From the NCBI GenBank assembly GCA_007376135.1, contig VMFR01000001.1, forward strand, positions 9,259 through 73,258: a stretch of DNA of 64,000 nt. Reading direction: 5' to 3'. Position numbers and translations under genes: made by a program. The notes beneath the pieces are model-generated. The model was not told the DNA's origin and ran no database searches. It saw nothing but the letters and a program-made list of their open reading frames with translations. How positions within the stretch are numbered: the stretch's first letter is position 1; each line of letters opens with the position of its first letter. The stretch comes from Parcubacteria group bacterium Gr01-1014_31. GTDB taxonomy: Bacteria > Patescibacteriota > Patescibacteriia > Buchananbacterales > GWA2-38-13. Positions 17,727 through 27,312 of this stretch are shown here, piece after piece.

Positions 17727-20594
17727 ATGTCGGAGGAATTCATCAAAATTCGCGGCGCGCGCGAGCATAATCTGAAGAATATCTCGGTCGATATTCCCAT
17801 CGACCAGTTGACGGTCATTACCGGGCTGTCGGGTTCTGGCAAGTCGTCGTTGGCGTTCGATACCCTCTACGCTGAAGGGCAGCGCCGCTACGTGGAGTCG
17901 CTCTCCGCGTACGCGCGGCAGTTTTTGGGCGTCATGGGCAAACCCGACGTCGATAAGATCACCGGGCTTTCTCCCGCCATTTCCATCGAGCAGAAATCGG
18001 TATCCAAGAACCCGCGCTCGACGGTCGGCACCGTCACCGAGATCTATGATTACCTGCGGTTGCTGTTCGCGCGCATCGGCGAGCCGCACTGCCCGCGCTG
18101 CGGGAACAGTATCGCCCCGCAGTCGGCCGAACAGATCGTCGCGACGCTGCTGCAACAGCCTGCCGGTACCATGTTCACGATCTTTGCACCGGTAGTGCGC
18201 GGACGCAAGGGAACCTACGGGGCGCTGTTTGCCGATCTGGCCGCTCGCGGGTTTGCTCGTGCGCGCGTGGACGGCAAACTGCGGGATCTGGCCGACTGGG
18301 AGCAGTACCGGCTGGATAAACAGGTCAAACACACCGTCGACGTGTTGGTCGACCGCATCAGCGCCAGCGACAAGGCAAAAAGCCGGTTGACCGAGGCCGT
18401 GGAAACGGCGCTGGGGGCGACCGACGGTCTGGTAATTTCCTCATTCGGGGAGGGGAAGTCGGCCCGCGAGCAATTATTCTCGCGCAACTACGCCTGTGCG
18501 GCGTGCGGCATCTCGGTAGACGATCTGCAGCCGCGGCTGTTTTCCTTTAATTCGCCGTTCGGGGCCTGTCCGGAGTGCCATGGGTTGGGTATCTCACAGA
18601 AGTTCGACCCCGAACTGGTGGTGCCCGACGACCATAAGGCGCTTTCCGAGGGCGCGGTGCGGCCCTGGCAGACCCATCTGGATGGCTGGCGCAACCGGTT
18701 GGTGGAGAGTGTGGCGCGCCACTACCATGTCGACCCCTGGACCCCCTGGCGCAAGCTGCCCGCAACGTTCAAGAGCGTCATCCTGTACGGCAGCGAGGAG
18801 GAGATCGATTTCAAGCTTGAGTCCTACGGCGGCGATTCATCCTGGCAGTTCACCAAGACCTTCGAGGGGGTGATCCCGCAGCTGGAACGGCTCTACCATC
18901 AGACCACTTCCGCTTACCGCCGCGAGGAAATGGAAAAATATATGCGCGTGGCCACCTGCCCTGCCTGCGGAGGCAAGCGGTTGAAGCCCGAGGCGCTGGC
19001 GGTAACCGTCAACGGGCGCAATATCTGGGAGGCCTGTGAGCTGGCGGTCGAGGATCTGCTGAAGACCTTCGGCGGCATGCCGATGACCCCGACTCAGCAG
19101 GCGGTTTCCGGCGTCATTGTCAAGGAGGTCATTGCGCGCCTGACGTTCCTGGTCGACGTGGGCCTGGGCTACCTGACGCTGGCGCGACAGGCCGGTACCC
19201 TGGCGGGCGGCGAAGCGCAGCGCATCCGGCTGGCAACCCAGATCGGTTCCGAGCTGCGCGGCGTGCTCTATATTCTGGATGAACCGAGTATCGGGTTGCA
19301 CCAGCGCGACAATGCCAAGCTGATCAGCACCCTGCGGCGTTTACGCGACCTCGGCAATACCGTGGTCGTGGTCGAACACGACGAGGAGACCATCCGTACC
19401 GCCGACTTCGTGCTGGACCTCGGACCGGGTGCGGGCATCCACGGCGGGGAGGTTGTGGCGGCCGGCACGCCCCAAGAGATCGAGCAAAACCCGGCGTCGC
19501 TCACCGGGCGTTACCTGTCGCGCCGGCTGCAGATCCCGGTACCGGACAAGCGGCGCAAGGTTTTTGATGTTCTTGAGGTCGTCGGCGCGGCCGAGCACAA
19601 CTTGAAAGGTATTGACGTCAAATTCCCGCTCCATGTGTTGACCTGCGTCTCCGGGGTTTCCGGTTCAGGGAAATCCACGCTGGTGAACGACATCCTTGCT
19701 CAGGCGCTGCAAAAGATCTTCAACGCCTCAAGCGACCGGCCCGGCAAACACCGCCTGCTTCGCGGGTACGGCCAGCTCGACAAGGTCGTGCTGGTGGACC
19801 AGTCGCCCATCGGGCGCACCCCGCGGTCCAACCCGGTGACCTACATCGGTGCGTTCACCGCGATCCGCGAGCTCTTTGCCCAGACCACGGAGGCCAAGGC
19901 GCGCGGCTACCAGCCGGGGCGATTCTCCTTCAACGTGGCAGGAGGCCGGTGCGAAGAGTGCGACGGCGACGGGGTCAAAAAGATCGAGATGCATTTTTTG
20001 CCGGACGTGTACGTGACCTGTGAACGCTGCAAGGGATTGCGTTACAATGCCGAAACGCTCGCCGTGCGGTATAAGGGAAAAACCATCGCTGAGGTGCTGG
20101 CGATGTCCGTGGAGGAGGCGCTCGCTTTTTTTGCGCCGCTGCCGGGGCTGGCGCACAAACTTCAGACCCTTCACGACGTCGGCCTGGGGTACATTCATCT
20201 CGGGCAGTCGGCCACCACGCTATCGGGCGGGGAGGCGCAACGCATCAAACTGACCTCGGAACTGTCGCGCAAAGGCGGCCGGACGCTCTATATCCTGGAT
20301 GAACCGACCACCGGATTGCATTTTGCGGATGTGCAGAAGCTATTAGATGTGCTCAACCGGCTGGTCTCGAAGGGTAATTCGGTGCTGGTCATCGAGCACA
20401 ATCTGGACGTGCTGAAGTCAGCCGACTGGATCGTCGACTTGGGACCTGAAGGCGGGGAGCGGGGCGGCCGCGTCATTGCCGAAGGCACGCCGGAAAAGAT
20501 CGCCAAATGCTGGCGCTGGTCGCACACCGGTCGTTACTTGCGGCCTCTACTGGGCGGCGCGCGCCCAGTGGTGAGAAAAAAAAGACGGCCGTAG
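17727..20594 (+). CDS. uvrA: excinuclease ABC subunit A
   Basis: two ABC ATPase modules ([14 protein letters not shown]; [11 protein letters not shown]), zinc fingers CxxC; start at ATG 17727 ([19 protein letters not shown]). Confidence 0.95.
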   Translation: MSEEFIKIRGAREHNLKNISVDIPIDQLTVITGLSGSGKSSLAFDTLYAEGQRRYVESLSAYARQFLGVMGKPDVDKITGLSPAISIEQKSVSKNPRSTVGTVTEIYDYLRLLFARIGEPHCPRCGNSIAPQSAEQIVATLLQQPAGTMFTIFAPVVRGRKGTYGALFADLAARGFARARVDGKLRDLADWEQYRLDKQVKHTVDVLVDRISASDKAKSRLTEAVETALGATDGLVISSFGEGKSAREQLFSRNYACAACGISVDDLQPRLFSFNSPFGACPECHGLGISQKFDPELVVPDDHKALSEGAVRPWQTHLDGWRNRLVESVARHYHVDPWTPWRKLPATFKSVILYGSEEEIDFKLESYGGDSSWQFTKTFEGVIPQLERLYHQTTSAYRREEMEKYMRVATCPACGGKRLKPEALAVTVNGRNIWEACELAVEDLLKTFGGMPMTPTQQAVSGVIVKEVIARLTFLVDVGLGYLTLARQAGTLAGGEAQRIRLATQIGSELRGVLYILDEPSIGLHQRDNAKLISTLRRLRDLGNTVVVVEHDEETIRTADFVLDLGPGAGIHGGEVVAAGTPQEIEQNPASLTGRYLSRRLQIPVPDKRRKVFDVLEVVGAAEHNLKGIDVKFPLHVLTCVSGVSGSGKSTLVNDILAQALQKIFNASSDRPGKHRLLRGYGQLDKVVLVDQSPIGRTPRSNPVTYIGAFTAIRELFAQTTEAKARGYQPGRFSFNVAGGRCEECDGDGVKKIEMHFLPDVYVTCERCKGLRYNAETLAVRYKGKTIAEVLAMSVEEALAFFAPLPGLAHKLQTLHDVGLGYIHLGQSATTLSGGEAQRIKLTSELSRKGGRTLYILDEPTTGLHFADVQKLLDVLNRLVSKGNSVLVIEHNLDVLKSADWIVDLGPEGGERGGRVIAEGTPEKIAKCWRWSHTGRYLRPLLGGARPVVRKKRRP

Positions 20595-20631
20595 CAGAGC
20601 TGAAGCCGCTTTGATGCCCGTTTTCTCGCGC

Positions 20632-20665
20632 AAAAAAAGAGAGGGTCGACCGCTGGGGTCGACCC
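20632..20665 (-). terminator. intrinsic terminator for small gene A (minus strand)
   Basis: GGGTCGACC / GGTCGACCC stem followed on minus strand by T7. Confidence 0.55.
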
Positions 20666-20686
20666 GGTGGAAAAAGGGCGTCGTCG

Positions 20687-20890
20687 TTACGACTCCTCGT
20701 CGCTGACGGTCCGGGAAAGAACCGGTATCGGTTGAAGGGGGTCGTGGCCGAGGCGTCTGAGCTCAGGGCCGGTTACGTAGTCGATGTTGCCACCGCACTG
20801 GGGGCAGCTGCCCTCCTCGTCGGGCACCACCGGCACCCGGCACTTGACCCCGCGGCAAAACGGAAAGGAACCAAGCTCCTCATGGTCCAT
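20687..20890 (-). CDS. 67-aa zinc-ribbon-like protein (C-x4-C ... C-x2-C)
   Basis: ATG 20890 with AGGAGGAG SD 5 nt upstream; MDHEELGSFPFCRGVKCRVPVVPDEEGSCPQCGG... Confidence 0.6.
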   Translation of the reverse strand: MDHEELGSFPFCRGVKCRVPVVPDEEGSCPQCGGNIDYVTGPELRRLGHDPLQPIPVLSRTVSDEES

Positions 20891-20923
20891 CACTCTCCTC
20901 CTGTCATTTGGAGTTTCAGGTAT

Positions 20924-20945
20924 AAAAAAAACCCGCTTCGGGCGG
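20924..20945 (-). terminator. terminator-like hairpin + U8 inside the 5' leader of gene A (possible attenuator)
   Basis: minus-strand GCCCGAAGCGGG followed by TTTTTTTT, ~30 nt upstream of the SD of gene A and ~60 nt downstream of its promoter. Confidence 0.4.
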
Positions 20946-21009
20946 ATAGCGGCGCGGGTGCTCCCGCCTGATCGGATAGTCGTCGTTTTCAAGGACGCAA
21001 ATTATCAGA

Positions 21010-21038
21010 ATGGTAACGCGCGTCGCATGCGCTGTCAA
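21010..21038 (-). promoter_or_regulatory. sigma70-like promoter TTGACA-N17-TACCAT (minus strand) for gene A
   Basis: plus-strand TGTCAA 21033-21038 and ATGGTA 21010-21015. Confidence 0.45.
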
Positions 21039-21068
21039 GGGTTTGGTGTGGATAAGCGCGAAAAGCCT

Positions 21069-21091
21069 AAAAAAAGACCGCTGGTGCGGTC
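21069..21091 (-). terminator. intrinsic terminator of gene B (minus strand)
   Basis: GACCGC-TGGT-GCGGTC hairpin followed on minus strand by T7. Confidence 0.6.
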
Positions 21092-21125
21092 TCGGCTGGG
21101 CGGCGCGGAAAGGGCGGCAAAGGAA

Positions 21126-21302
21126 TTATTGCCGGGGCTGGCGGGGTGGTCGGGTGACCACCCGATCTTTTTTGTCTAGCACCATGTCCGAAGCGACGAA
21201 AATACTTTGGCAATTGCGGCAGCGGTGTTCTTTGCCCTTGACGGGCGGAGGTGCGGGTTTGCCGCAGTAGGAGCATCTCCCCTTCACGATGTAGGCGATC
21301 AT
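21126..21302 (-). CDS. 58-aa zinc-ribbon protein (CxxC ... CxxC)
   Basis: ATG 21302 with AAGGAGGG SD; MIAYIVKGRCSYCGKPAPPPVKGKEHRCRNCQ... Confidence 0.6.
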   Translation of the reverse strand: MIAYIVKGRCSYCGKPAPPPVKGKEHRCRNCQSIFVASDMVLDKKDRVVTRPPRQPRQ

Positions 21303-21359
21303 GCGCCCTCCTTTTGGTGCACGTCGGCCGTTGTGAAAACAGCGGCATTCCCCCTTGGC

Positions 21360-21388
21360 GTTATACCTGGAGCGCCAACCACCGTCAA
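21360..21388 (-). promoter_or_regulatory. sigma70-like promoter TTGACG-N17-TATAAC (minus strand) for gene B
   Basis: plus CGTCAA 21383-21388, GTTATA 21360-21365. Confidence 0.5.
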
Positions 21389-21390
21389 GC

Positions 21391-21427
21391 AAAAAAAGAC
21401 GGGCCGGATGCGATGCAGCCGACCCGT
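21391..21427 (-). terminator. intrinsic terminator of gene C (minus strand)
   Basis: 9-bp stem ACGGGUCGG/CCGGCCCGU (one G-U) with 11-nt loop followed by U7. Confidence 0.7.
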
Positions 21428-21454
21428 TCCATGTCTGTTCTCCCCCGGAGAACT

Positions 21455-21646
21455 TCAGTCGAAGAACGCCCCCAGGCAGAAGTCATATCTGCACAAATTG
21501 CAGATGCTGCCTTCGTCGATAATGCCGCCGCAGCTGCAGTGGCATCCGTGCCTGACCGGCGGCCGCCGTTCGTTTGGAGCCTCAACGCGAGGTGGGAGCC
21601 CCTTGGGCGGACTGGATTCGGCGGAAGGCCGTTTCGAAGTTTCCAT
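21455..21646 (-). CDS. 63-aa Cys-rich protein (6 Cys: CHCSC...C..C.....C)
   Basis: ATG 21646 with GGAGG SD 6 nt upstream; consensus promoter upstream. Confidence 0.6.
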   Translation of the reverse strand: METSKRPSAESSPPKGLPPRVEAPNERRPPVRHGCHCSCGGIIDEGSICNLCRYDFCLGAFFD

Positions 21647-21713
21647 GAAATACCTCCATGGTTTTGGTGGTTTCTAGGTACAGGAGGAAACGAAGGTGCA
21701 TAAGATAACATCC

Positions 21714-21742
21714 ATTATATAACAAATAGTATGTTTTGTCAA
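21714..21742 (-). promoter_or_regulatory. perfect-consensus sigma70 promoter TTGACA-N17-TATAAT (minus strand) for gene C
   Basis: plus TGTCAA 21737-21742 and ATTATA 21714-21719; AT-rich context. Confidence 0.7.
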
Positions 21743-21940
21743 GGGTATTGAAAATAAAAAAGACGCCCCGGCAGATAGTTTGGGATTATTGCCGGAGCGT
21801 TGGGGATATTCTATGTCAAGAGGTCCTAGTCCGCCGTCGGCGTTCCTGCTATTATGCAGGTACGTCATTCTCCGAGGTCGCGTCGCTTCGGGCGGACCAC
21901 GGGCCGGGGGCTTCGCCGTCCGGTAACCATTCACTTCCGT

Positions 21941-22828
21941 ATGCGCCGAATCTTTGCGCGCTGGGCTGGAACGGGAGCGGTCGGGCGTCGTAGCCCCGTC
22001 ATCCGCAGCACGCTGCTGACCGTGCTGGCGGCCACCTTGGTCGCCGCCACCGTGCTGGCCGCGACCACCATCAGCACCAACGTCGTCACCGAGGGGACGC
22101 TGGCGGTGACGGGACGGGCGACCACGTCTGCCTCGTTAGTGATCGGCACCAGCCAGTCTGGGCCGTTCGACCTCGGCGCGGGCGATCTGTTCGTTGGCGG
22201 GGAAGCGACCACGACGGGCAACCTCGGCGTGGGCAACAGCTCCAATGCCGATGACGACTCCCTCTTCTTTGACCAACATGGCGCGGAAGCCTTGTGGTGG
22301 GACGACAGCCCCGGCCAGTTCCAGGTCACCGACGACCTCATCGTAAACGGGGCCGCGACCACCACCGGAACCCTCGCCATTGGCACGAGTGCCGCCTCTG
22401 ACGACGACTACCTCTTCTTCGACGACGGCTGGACCGAGGCGCTGTGGTGGGACAATGACCCCGGCCAGTTCCAGCTGACTGACGATCTCCTGGTGAGCGG
22501 CAACGCCACCACGACCGGCTACCTGGTGGTCGGCGGTACGAACCCCACCAGCAACCTCGCCGCCGGGTCCCTCTGGGTCAGCGGCACGGCCTCGTCCACC
22601 AACGTGGTGGTTTCCGGCCAGGCCACGACCACTGGCAACCTTTCCGTTGGCCACAGCAACCAGACGGCCAACAGCACCACCACCGTCACCTTCGGCAGCT
22701 ACGAGGCGACCAGCGTCAACCAGGGTGTCTGTCTCAAGATTCGCCAGGGCACTGCCTTCGTGTGGTGTTACATTGGCGGGGCCAACGGCACGACCCTCAC
22801 GTGCAGCAAGACGATCAGCTGCGAATAA
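21941..22828 (+). CDS. secreted repetitive surface protein (Thr/Gly-rich, ATTTGxLxVG repeats, C-terminal 4-Cys module)
   Basis: signal/TM at N-terminus from ATG 21941; ~50-aa tandem repeat DDD(S/Y)LFFD...ALWWD..PGQFQ(V/L)TDDL. Confidence 0.6.
   Translation: MRRIFARWAGTGAVGRRSPVIRSTLLTVLAATLVAATVLAATTISTNVVTEGTLAVTGRATTSASLVIGTSQSGPFDLGAGDLFVGGEATTTGNLGVGNSSNADDDSLFFDQHGAEALWWDDSPGQFQVTDDLIVNGAATTTGTLAIGTSAASDDDYLFFDDGWTEALWWDNDPGQFQLTDDLLVSGNATTTGYLVVGGTNPTSNLAAGSLWVSGTASSTNVVVSGQATTTGNLSVGHSNQTANSTTTVTFGSYEATSVNQGVCLKIRQGTAFVWCYIGGANGTTLTCSKTISCE
22246..22545 (+). repeat. two tandem ~150-nt coding repeats inside the surface-protein gene (coordinates approximate)
   Basis: ~75% nt identity between consecutive units; protein-level repeat obvious. 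Confidence 0.55.
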
Positions 22829-22837
22829 CCGGCGTGA

Positions 22838-24022
22838 ATGACGCTTCGTCCTATGTTCCGGCTCCTTCGATCAGTTTGGGTATTTGCTCTCGCGGCAGCA
22901 CTCGTACCCTTGGCCGGGCAGGCGGCGTACAACGACGTGCAATTCACTGCCGACACGAATCTTGAGTTGGCGAATGGCGACGTGGTGGTGGCGGAGAGTG
23001 GTGGGGCCGTTGAATCGTTGACCGTGAACGCCGCGTCGATCGAGATTACGATCTCCTCCGGTTCCTCTATCACGCTGCGCAGCGACGCCCGCCGGCAGAT
23101 GACCCTTTCGCCCGGTGTCGCGACGCTGACCTGCGGGAGTACGTCGTCGAGTTTTGCGCTGACCGGCGGCGCAAGTTTGCAGACGATAACGCTAACGGTC
23201 GAAGCGGGGTCCACCTGCACCGCGGCCGCGGCGGCAACCCCCACGCCCGCCAGCACGACCGGCAGAGGCGGCGGGCTGCCCCCACGGCCATCGCCGCCGA
23301 CGGCCGTCGCCGCCTCGATCAACGACGGCGCGGCGCAGACGGCCAGCCGCACGGTGACCCTGACCCTGCAGGCGACCAACGCCGTCCTGATGCTGGTGTC
23401 CAACTTCGCCGACTTCCATGATGCACCGTCCTGGGTGCCATACCGGACCAGCCTGCCGTGGACCTTGCGGGAAGGCACGGGCGAACAGTCCGTGTTCGTC
23501 AAGTTTCGCAGCCCGCAGGGCGGCGAGAGCGCGGTGGTGAGCGACGCGATTCAGCTGACGGGCGGTGGTGCCGGACCCGTTGCGCCACCGCCGGGCGTTG
23601 CGTTGACGGAAGGGTCGCTCGTCAAGGAGGCCGGCGCGCTACCGATCTACCGCATGGAAAACGGCGTTCTGCGCTGGTTGCCCAGCCCTACCATCTTCCT
23701 GGCGCACGGTCACCGCTGGCAGGACGTTCGCACCGTGGCGAGCCTCGCCGGGATTCCGCGGGGCGAACCATACTCGCTGTCTACCAGCCCGCAGCCGCGT
23801 TTCACGCTGCCGCTGCGCCGCGGCGTCAGCGGCCCGCAGGTGTACGCGCTCCAGCTGTTGCTGCAGACGCGCGGGTACTTCCCGACGACCGTGCCGCCCA
23901 CCGGGTACTTCGGGCCGGTCACCACGGCCGCCGTCGAACAGTTCCAGAGTGCACACGGGCTCCCAGTCGTCGGCAGCGTTGGCCCGCAGACCCGTGCGGT
24001 GTTGAACCAGCTCTCTCAGTAG
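22838..24022 (+). CDS. secreted protein with C-terminal peptidoglycan-binding domain (PG_binding_1-like)
   Basis: signal peptide (alt. start ATG 22853); C-terminal LPLRRGVSGPQVYALQLLLQTRGYF...GYFGPVTTAAVEQFQ. Confidence 0.65.
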   Translation: MTLRPMFRLLRSVWVFALAAALVPLAGQAAYNDVQFTADTNLELANGDVVVAESGGAVESLTVNAASIEITISSGSSITLRSDARRQMTLSPGVATLTCGSTSSSFALTGGASLQTITLTVEAGSTCTAAAAATPTPASTTGRGGGLPPRPSPPTAVAASINDGAAQTASRTVTLTLQATNAVLMLVSNFADFHDAPSWVPYRTSLPWTLREGTGEQSVFVKFRSPQGGESAVVSDAIQLTGGGAGPVAPPPGVALTEGSLVKEAGALPIYRMENGVLRWLPSPTIFLAHGHRWQDVRTVASLAGIPRGEPYSLSTSPQPRFTLPLRRGVSGPQVYALQLLLQTRGYFPTTVPPTGYFGPVTTAAVEQFQSAHGLPVVGSVGPQTRAVLNQLSQ

Positions 24023-24039
24023 TCGCGCCGCTTCGCTGC

Positions 24040-25400
24040 ACCAGTCGTACGGTCGCGGGAACTAGGACGCTCGCCAGAGAAGGTCCGAATCTACGGTCAC
24101 GCTGTGGGGTGTTCACCCTGTGGCGTGTTGCTGTTTACGCCATGGGCTACCGTCGGCGTATACCGGTACGGCTGCCGGTGCTTGAGCATGGCGTAGATGA
24201 TGTCCACGAGCCGCCGCTTGAGGCAGCAAAGCGCGTGGACCTTGGTCTTGCCCTCGGCGAGCTTCTTCTGGAAGTACTGGCGCGCGGCCGGATTCCCCGT
24301 GGGACTGATCTGGCTCAACGCGATGCGGTGCAGTGCCAGGTTGAGCCGACGGTTGCCGGCGCGGGTCTTGCGGTGCCGCACGGTCTTGCCCGAGGAACGT
24401 TCGCGCGGGCTCAACCCCGCGTACTTGGCGAGCGCTGACGGCGACCGGAAGCGTACGATGTCGCCCACCTCAGCGAGCACCAGCACCGCGAGCACCGGGC
24501 CGCAGCCGCTCATCGTGTCCAGGTACTGGCCCGAAGCGCGTAGGCACTCACGAAGGTCATCCTCGAGATCTTGGATCTGCTCGCGGCAGTAGGCCAGCCG
24601 TTCGATCTTGCGTCGGATTTGCCGCGCCAGCAGCACCGGGTCGCCCGGGACGTCGGTGGCCTTGCGGGGCACGGGGCAGCGGCGCCAGTAGCGCAGGGCC
24701 TTCTGTGAGAAAGGGTCGGTGAACTTGTCCCGGTAGGCGGAGTTGTACGCGGCATGGAGCAGCCGGTGGAGCTGGTTCTTCATTCGGGTCTGCTCCTTGA
24801 CGAGGAAGCTGCGGTCCAGCGTCAGCTCCTTGAGCGCCTTGGCGGTTTCCTCGGCCGGCGTTACGCTGTAGCTGGGCAAGCTGTCCATCCGCTGGATCAA
24901 GACTCGCGCGACGCCCAACGCATCCAGAGAATCCGTCTTCTCTGGATGCGTTTCGTGCCGGCGCAGCCGGTCCACCAGGATCGGCGCGACGGTCTTGACC
25001 GGCAGCCCGGCATCAGCCAGGTACCGGGCGAGCCGGAACCCGTAGCCGGTGCTGTCCTCGAGCGCGACCTGCGGGGTCAGCCCGCGCTCGGTCGCTTCAC
25101 GTTCAATAGCCGCAACGAAAGTTTGAAAATCTTCGGCCGTGTTGCCGACGGTCAGCTCCAGCAGGCGGTGGCCGAAGCAGTTGGTGAGAACGGCGGTGTG
25201 GCGGTCCTTGTGGACGTCGATGCCGACGTACAGGCAGCGGTCGGGCGCGGGTGCGTCGCGCAATTCCAAGGCACCACCCAGGCGGGTGCGCATAGGCTCA
25301 CTCGGGTGAGGGAATTAGCGACTCACCAGCGAAACTCCAGTATCCAGGCCTTCGCCCCGCGCGGGCAGGGCTGGCGATACTCTATTTGTTCATGCTGGTG
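24040..25400 (-). mobile_element. IS110-family insertion sequence (boundaries approximate; no terminal inverted repeats expected)
   Basis: single transposase ORF with IS110 N-terminal DEDD domain and C-terminal helix-hairpin-helix region, flanked by ~60 and ~100+ nt non-coding sequence, inserted between a surface-protein gene and uvrC. Confidence 0.6.
24097..25293 (-). CDS. IS110-family transposase
   Basis: LYVGIDVHKDRHTAVL... N-terminal motif; GCGPVLAVLVLAEVGDIVRF... C-terminal motif. Confidence 0.85.
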   Translation of the reverse strand: MRTRLGGALELRDAPAPDRCLYVGIDVHKDRHTAVLTNCFGHRLLELTVGNTAEDFQTFVAAIEREATERGLTPQVALEDSTGYGFRLARYLADAGLPVKTVAPILVDRLRRHETHPEKTDSLDALGVARVLIQRMDSLPSYSVTPAEETAKALKELTLDRSFLVKEQTRMKNQLHRLLHAAYNSAYRDKFTDPFSQKALRYWRRCPVPRKATDVPGDPVLLARQIRRKIERLAYCREQIQDLEDDLRECLRASGQYLDTMSGCGPVLAVLVLAEVGDIVRFRSPSALAKYAGLSPRERSSGKTVRHRKTRAGNRRLNLALHRIALSQISPTGNPAARQYFQKKLAEGKTKVHALCCLKRRLVDIIYAMLKHRQPYRYTPTVAHGVNSNTPQGEHPTA

Positions 25401-25621
25401 AAGGACGAAGGCAAGCTGCAATCCCCGGATAGCCTTGCGGTCGGCAGCAGTTGTGCGGGCAATACCTGCCTCCGCCTCCACCGTACCACACGGGGGTAGC
25501 TTCCTGCACCCTGCCCAAATCTTTGCATACTGGCAGTTGTGGGCTGCGGTTATTCTAGTGGCCGATTGATTGCCCACCTGCTTTGCGGGGACTTGGTCCC
25601 CAAGAACAAGGAGGAGTCGAA

Positions 25622-25708
25622 ATGCCGGATGATATTGGTAGCCACCAATATATTGCGGTAGTAAATGTTTGTCAAGGCGTTCCCATCTGTAAGCTGCCGT
25701 GGTAGGAT
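25622..25708 (+). CDS. 28-codon upstream ORF with strong SD, ending 4 nt before uvrC start
   Basis: AAGGAGGAG-5nt-ATG; MPDDIGSHQYIAVVNVCQGVPICKLPW; speculative. Confidence 0.2.
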
Positions 25709-25712
25709 TTTT

Positions 25713-27308
25713 ATGCTTATGTTCAGCGATGCGCTCGCGAAGGTCACGTTGCCGGAAGCCCCGGGGAGCTACCAGTTCTTCGACGCGAAGGGCGAGGTTA
25801 TCTATGTCGGCAAGGCCAAGAGTATCGCCAAGCGCGTTGCCAGCTACCGCCGCGCAAGCGACTACAAAACCACCCGGCTGCTGACGGAGGTCGCCGACAT
25901 CCAGTGCACCGTCACGGGGAGCGAAGTGGAGGCGCTGCTGCTGGAAGCCAAGCTCATTCGTCAGCATCAGCCCAAATACAACATCACCCTCAAGGGCGGC
26001 GAACGCTACGCGTACATTCAGGTGACCAATGAACCGTTCCCGCGCCTGGTGACCACGCGCCAGCCCAAGCCCGGCGACCGGGTTTTTGGTCCCTACACGT
26101 CGGGGGAGGCGCGCGTGCAAGCCATCCATTTGGCGAATACGCTGTTCAAACTCCGCGTGTGCAAGCGGTTGCCGAAGCGTCCCTGCCTGCTCTACCACAT
26201 GAAATTGTGCTCGGCGCCGTGTATCGGCAACATCACCAAGGATGCCTATGCGCGGAATGTGAAGCAAGCCGAACGGCTGCTGCGCGGCGATGTACCACCG
26301 CTGGTCGATGATTTAACGCGGGAGATGAGGGAGTACGCCGCGCAACAGGAGTATGAACAGGCGAAGCTTCGGCGCGACCAGGTCCGCGCACTGCAGCGAA
26401 TAGGGAACGAACCGGGGGCGAAGCTGCGCCAGGCCTATGATCAGGATGTGGTCAATTTTTCTGCGGCCGGAGCCAAGGTTGTCGTGCAGGTGTTCCACGT
26501 CAATCGCGGCATCATCTCGCGTCGGCGCGAGTTCACCCTGCGCCGTACGTTGCCGCAATCCGACGCCGCGATGCTGGCAGATTTTTTGACCCAGTACTAC
26601 TACGCCGAGGACATTCCGGGCGAGGTCATTGTGCCCATCGCCGCGGAGCGGCAGCCGGTGGTGGCCAATTACCTGTCGCAGGCCGCCGGCCGCAAGGTGC
26701 GCATCACCGTGCCCAAGCAGGGAGAAAAATTACGGCTCCTCGAGCTGCTGGCCGAAAATATCGCCGTCAGTTTGAAGGCGGGCGACAGCGCGCTTTTGGA
26801 ACTGCAGGAAAAATTGCGTTTGCCGCGGTTGCCGCGCGTGATTGAATGCGTGGATATTTCCAATCTTGGCCCGACCAACGCGGTCGGGTCATTGGTTTTT
26901 TTCCGTGACGGCAAGCCGGACAAGAACGAGTACCGGCGGTTCAAGGTCCGCACCGTGGCGGGGCAGTCGGACTACGACGCAATGAAGGAGGTCATTGGCC
27001 GACGCTTCCGCCGGTTGCTGGCGGATCGCGCTGCGCTGCCCGACCTGCTGCTGGTGGACGGGGGCAAGCCGCAGCTGTCCGCCGCGGTGTCGGTCTTCCG
27101 GGAGCTTGGGCTGCAGCAGCCCGTCGCGGCCCTGGCCAAGCGCCGGGAGGAACTGTACACGACGGATAGTCAGTACCCGTTGCGCATTGCCCGGACGTCG
27201 CCGGCGTTGAAACTGGTCCAGCGCGTCCGCAATGAAGCCCACCGATTTGCCATTGGCTACCAGCGCCTCCTGCGGGGTAAAGATCTGCGGGCGCAGTTAA
27301 AATTTTAA
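25713..27308 (+). CDS. uvrC: excinuclease ABC subunit C
   Basis: GIY-YIG N-terminal (PGSYQFFDAKGEVIYVGKAK), UvrBC domain, RNaseH-like endonuclease domain, C-terminal HhH; start ATG 25713. Confidence 0.9.
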   Translation: MLMFSDALAKVTLPEAPGSYQFFDAKGEVIYVGKAKSIAKRVASYRRASDYKTTRLLTEVADIQCTVTGSEVEALLLEAKLIRQHQPKYNITLKGGERYAYIQVTNEPFPRLVTTRQPKPGDRVFGPYTSGEARVQAIHLANTLFKLRVCKRLPKRPCLLYHMKLCSAPCIGNITKDAYARNVKQAERLLRGDVPPLVDDLTREMREYAAQQEYEQAKLRRDQVRALQRIGNEPGAKLRQAYDQDVVNFSAAGAKVVVQVFHVNRGIISRRREFTLRRTLPQSDAAMLADFLTQYYYAEDIPGEVIVPIAAERQPVVANYLSQAAGRKVRITVPKQGEKLRLLELLAENIAVSLKAGDSALLELQEKLRLPRLPRVIECVDISNLGPTNAVGSLVFFRDGKPDKNEYRRFKVRTVAGQSDYDAMKEVIGRRFRRLLADRAALPDLLLVDGGKPQLSAAVSVFRELGLQQPVAALAKRREELYTTDSQYPLRIARTSPALKLVQRVRNEAHRFAIGYQRLLRGKDLRAQLKF

Positions 27309-27312
27309 ATCT

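Noticed and set aside
21149-21174. Plus-strand hairpin + T-tract inside the 3' end of minus-strand gene B
   Set aside because: No plus-strand gene ends nearby (uvrA stops 550 nt upstream). It is probably a coincidental structure within coding sequence.
21854-21940. 29-aa Arg-rich N-terminal extension of the surface-protein ORF (track start 21854)
   Set aside because: The internal ATG 21941 precedes a typical signal/TM segment. The upstream extension is a high-GC artefact overlapping a minus-strand terminator.
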